A stretch of DNA of 64,000 bases from the human T2T-CHM13v2.0 reference genome, Homo sapiens. Shown here in pieces: positions 60,523 to 64,000 of this stretch. The stretch lies in assembly GCF_009914755.1 (NCBI RefSeq), contig NC_060934.1. The stretch is one strand, 5' to 3'. A model generated the notes under the pieces. It had not been told where the DNA came from. It saw nothing but the letters and a program-made list of their open reading frames with translations, and made no database searches. Made by a program: the position numbers and the translations under genes. Positions within the stretch are counted from its first letter, which is position 1, and every line of letters starts with the position of its first letter.

Positions 60523-60902
60523 TGTTGTGGGCTGAATTGTATCTCCCTTACCCCCCAAACTCATCTGTTGAAGTTCTAATCCCCGCTACCTCAGAACGTG
60601 AATGTATTTGGAGACAGGGTCATTAAAGAGGTAATTAAGTTAAAGGAGGTAATTAGGGTGGCCCTAATTCAATATGGCTGATGTCTCTGTAAGACGAGGA
60701 AATTTGGACAGACATTGCAAGACCATGTGAAGACCCAGGGAGAAGACAGCATCTACTAGCCAAGGAGAGAGGTCTCAGAAGGAATGGACCCTGCTAACAC
60801 CTTAATCTCGGACTGCTGGTCTCCAGAACTGTAATAAGTTTTTGTTGTTTAACCCTCCCAGTCTGTGGTGCTTTATTACGGCAGCCCAAGCAAACTCATA
60901 CA
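60523..60902 (+). mobile_element. MLT1A0/MLT1B-like solo LTR
   Basis: TGTTGTGGGCTGAATTGT...CCTCAGAACGTGAATGTATTTGGAGACAGGGTC...GCAGCCCAAGCAAACTCATACA. Confidence 0.88.
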
Positions 60903-61404
60903 AGCTCCTTCCAGTGCCGGGAGCCAGACCAACTCTGAAAACCCTCGTTGGATGCTGAGGCTGGGCCACTTAGCCGGCTGTGCCTGAAAGAGGACACAGC
61001 AGCACAGCAGCCACACAGAACCTCCCTCCGTCATCTGCCTTTGCCATCATCATTCCAAAAACTGAGGCAAAGGAGACTCAAGGGCTGTCTGCCCTGCTAC
61101 TGCGAGGGGCTCCTCAGATGTTCCCATTCCCAAAGACTGATGTGGTCCCAGATTCAGCAGGAACCTGCTAGAGAAACTCCATGTCAATGCTTGGTTTCTT
61201 GTTGAATCAACCCAGATTTCTCAGGTCCAATTAAAGAATTAGGTCTTCAATTTAGGAGGGTTACAGAGAGATGGGGGCAAAATCAATTTATCAAGAAGAA
61301 CCTTTATATCACAACTAAGCACAAAACCTAATGTCACTAGCCTCAGGAAAGTACTTTATGAGCACCTACACAGATCCAAGAAGTGGTAGTACAGAAATAA
61401 GAAA

Positions 61405-61650
61405 ACACACATACACACACACACACACAAGTGCACGCATACACACTTTCATGCACTCATACACAATCACACATATATACAGGCACACACAAACACACAT
61501 ACATATGCACACACATACACATGCATGCACTCATATGCAATCACATGTGTACGTATATGCACACACATGCATGTATTTACACAATCACATATGTACACAC
61601 ATGCATGCTCATACATATACACACATATGTGCGCACACACACGCACATAC
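61405..61650. repeat. Degenerate (CA/TA/TG)n alternating purine-pyrimidine tract, ~245 bp
   Basis: Direct reading. Confidence 0.93.
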
Positions 61651-62515
61651 AGCCTTAATGCCACTGATACAATAGTGAACTATAAGTAATTAAGTTACTT
61701 TGACTAAACACCAGGTCTGCCAGGAAAAAGTGTTTAACGCCATCCCCAAAGGACGTTGTGGCGCCAAAAGCAAGAAAGGGAGGTTAGGTCCCGCCTCGGT
61801 GGAAATACAAAAGAGAGAAAACGCGGAGATAGTGAGAGACTAAACACAGGAGAAGAAAGATTGTGCTTCAGGTGGAAGGGGAGGGAGTGTGAGACAGGAA
61901 GGGAAGGGGTGCCCAGGGACCCAGGCAAGGAAGGGGTAATCACCCGGTAGTGTAGCTGCGTTGTGTGAACATGGGCACGGTTAGAGGGAGTGGGCTTCCC
62001 TGAGGGGTATATCAAGCTCTAGAATATTTTTTCTTCACAGGAGGTTTTTAAAGATGACCTAGATAGTTCACTTCCCTTTCTGTACAGGTGGGACTCGCAA
62101 GCTCTTCTAGCGCGTGCACCAATCTGGGTTGGAGCATCACATAAACCACCTCTCAGCTCAAACTTGCCGATCCCCGCTGGCCACACAGGGAGACTAGTGA
62201 CCCAAAGACCAGTGGGAGACTGTGATGGCCATGCCCAGAGTCACCCCGCTTCCATCCTGGTGGAAGTCAGTTTGCCATCTACACAACTAGAGATAGACAT
62301 TCAGTTACAGCCCAGATGGTCCTCACTGTTAAAGCACTGTGCCTGAGGAACTAGATTCAAACCTCTGGCCCTGGAATATAGACATTTACACGGTGCCCAG
62401 AACAATGGCAAATTGAAAATGCAGCTCATAGCACCTGTCAAAAGAAATAAGATCACATTAAAATTCTTGCCATTTCCTTTTTCTGCTAAACTAGGTAGGT
62501 TAACATACAGATAGG

Positions 62516-62577
62516 CCTCTCTCTCTCTCTCACTCTCACTTTCTCTCTCTCTTTCTCGCTCTTTCTGTCTCTCTCTT
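62516..62577. repeat. (TC)n-rich tract
   Basis: Direct reading. Confidence 0.9.
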
Positions 62578-64000
62578 CACTCCACAGTCAGTTTTCTGGA
62601 GTGTGGCCCAAAGATCCATATGTCAAAACCTGGCAGAGGAAGCTGATACCAAAACCACATTTATTCTTTTCCTTTAAAAATGGCTTGGGAAATTAGCCCC
62701 TACATTTAGGGAAGTCCGAGTGAAGAAGAGGGAAGAGAGGGGAAGGCCTTACGGGGCACAGGACCCGCTCTGATTGTTGGAAGTCTCAGCCTTGGCCCAA
62801 AGCCCAGCCTCTGTCCTCTGCTTAAATTGAGTGTGAGGGAACAGGATTATCTTGGTTGTAATTTTTAAAATGCTTCCAAGCATTGTATAAAAGTCAGAGA
62901 GCTCTGTTGGACCTTCACACGAAACAGCATTTTCGTAAGTTAAAAAAAAATTTGGAAACAAACGACTCTACATGGCCAAACCTCATCCTAAGCCAAATGA
63001 CAAAATAAGTAGTTTGCCTTCTGTTCCCTCTGTTCTCAAACCTTCCTGCTGTCCCTACCCCTGGCACCTCAGCGGGTGCTTCTCTGTTGCTTCCCTCAGC
63101 TGCCCAATTCCCCACGTAACATGAGCTAGCATTAATTGAGCACCTGCTGTATGGTAGGCAGAGGCATAAGTGCCTTGTAAACATCACATTTTTATTCTCT
63201 CACAACTTTATGAGTTAGAAAACTAATGCATCTGCCCAAATATAAGGAGACCCATCTTCTCCAATGAGAAGTTCTCCCATCAACACTTTAAAAAAATCCG
63301 ATTGACTATATGAACTCAAAGATATAAATAAAACAAATATGACTTAAAAAATTTAATTCCGTTGCACATGCATATTTAAAACCACATACTATCTAAATAA
63401 TACATTAATGTAGAAATAGTGCCTTTTTCCAGTCTTACATATTACAGAATTTTATTCATCAATGTGTTCGTTATCTCTAGAGCCAATTTTAGAGTCATTC
63501 AATTCATTTTTTTACAGGACATATCACCTTCATTTCCCTCTGAATTGTTTGAGATGTGGCACACTGTCACTGGAAATTTTTTCCCAAGCTGTAAATGAAT
63601 ACACATTAATATCACATTAGGACAGATGTTTTATTTATTCATGCTATTGGTGTATATCAAGGAGTTCCACAATATAACTATTTACCTTATTGCTTTTTAA
63701 AGGAATCTTCACAGGGTTTGTTTACAATGGCCTCCAATGCTTGCATTCATGAGGTCATATTCCAAGGAATAATTGCTAAATGGGTTCAATTCATTTGCCT
63801 CCTTTCTGTTCACTGATTCTGTCAGAAAACCTCAGTAAGCACTCCAAACAAGCACTGATGGAAGTCCTTTCAGGCCAGTGTTTTTTCCTTAAACAATTCC
63901 ATGTTTGTCAAGTTAAACTAAGTGAGACAGCATCCCAAGGTTTGAAACAATTGGTAAGGATTCTTTTATTTGGAAATGCCTTCTTTTCTAAGGTAGAATT

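Noticed and set aside
61331-61675. His/Thr-rich 114-aa ORF
   Set aside because: Translation of a (CA)n-type simple repeat.

Overview
This is primate, most likely human, nuclear DNA from a non-coding (intronic or intergenic) region. It is not prokaryotic, and I see no CRISPR array, operon, rRNA/tRNA or recognisable protein-coding gene. The window is rich in interspersed repeats: about 35 Alu copies or fragments (J, S and Y types, many with target-site duplications, TSDs), L1PA/L1PB/L1MA/L1MB 3' pieces, L2 and MIR relics, solo LTRs (MER31-like x2, LTR41-like, THE1 x2, MST, MLT1) and hAT DNA transposons (MER1A, MER3, MER91). Most ORFs in the supplied track are repeat-derived or chance. The most interesting signals are as follows. 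(1) A candidate two-exon, 117-codon mini-gene at 19635-20072, missed by the unspliced ORF track, with a GT-AG intron, CpG retention and a downstream AATAAA. (2) Several short templated duplications or insertions of different ages: a 140-bp 138/140 copy of a neighbouring AluJ interior, an inverted MLT1 copy, a ~165-bp pre-Alu duplication, a THE1 int/LTR fragment inside an Alu, and a chimeric THE1 LTR. (3) Two co-oriented CTCF motifs. (4) A perfect 36-bp x3 repeat inside an Alu. (5) A signal-peptide-like 91-aa ORF. Subfamily names come from recalled consensus sequences and boundaries are approximate. No database search was run, and I cannot claim a new biological system from this sequence alone.
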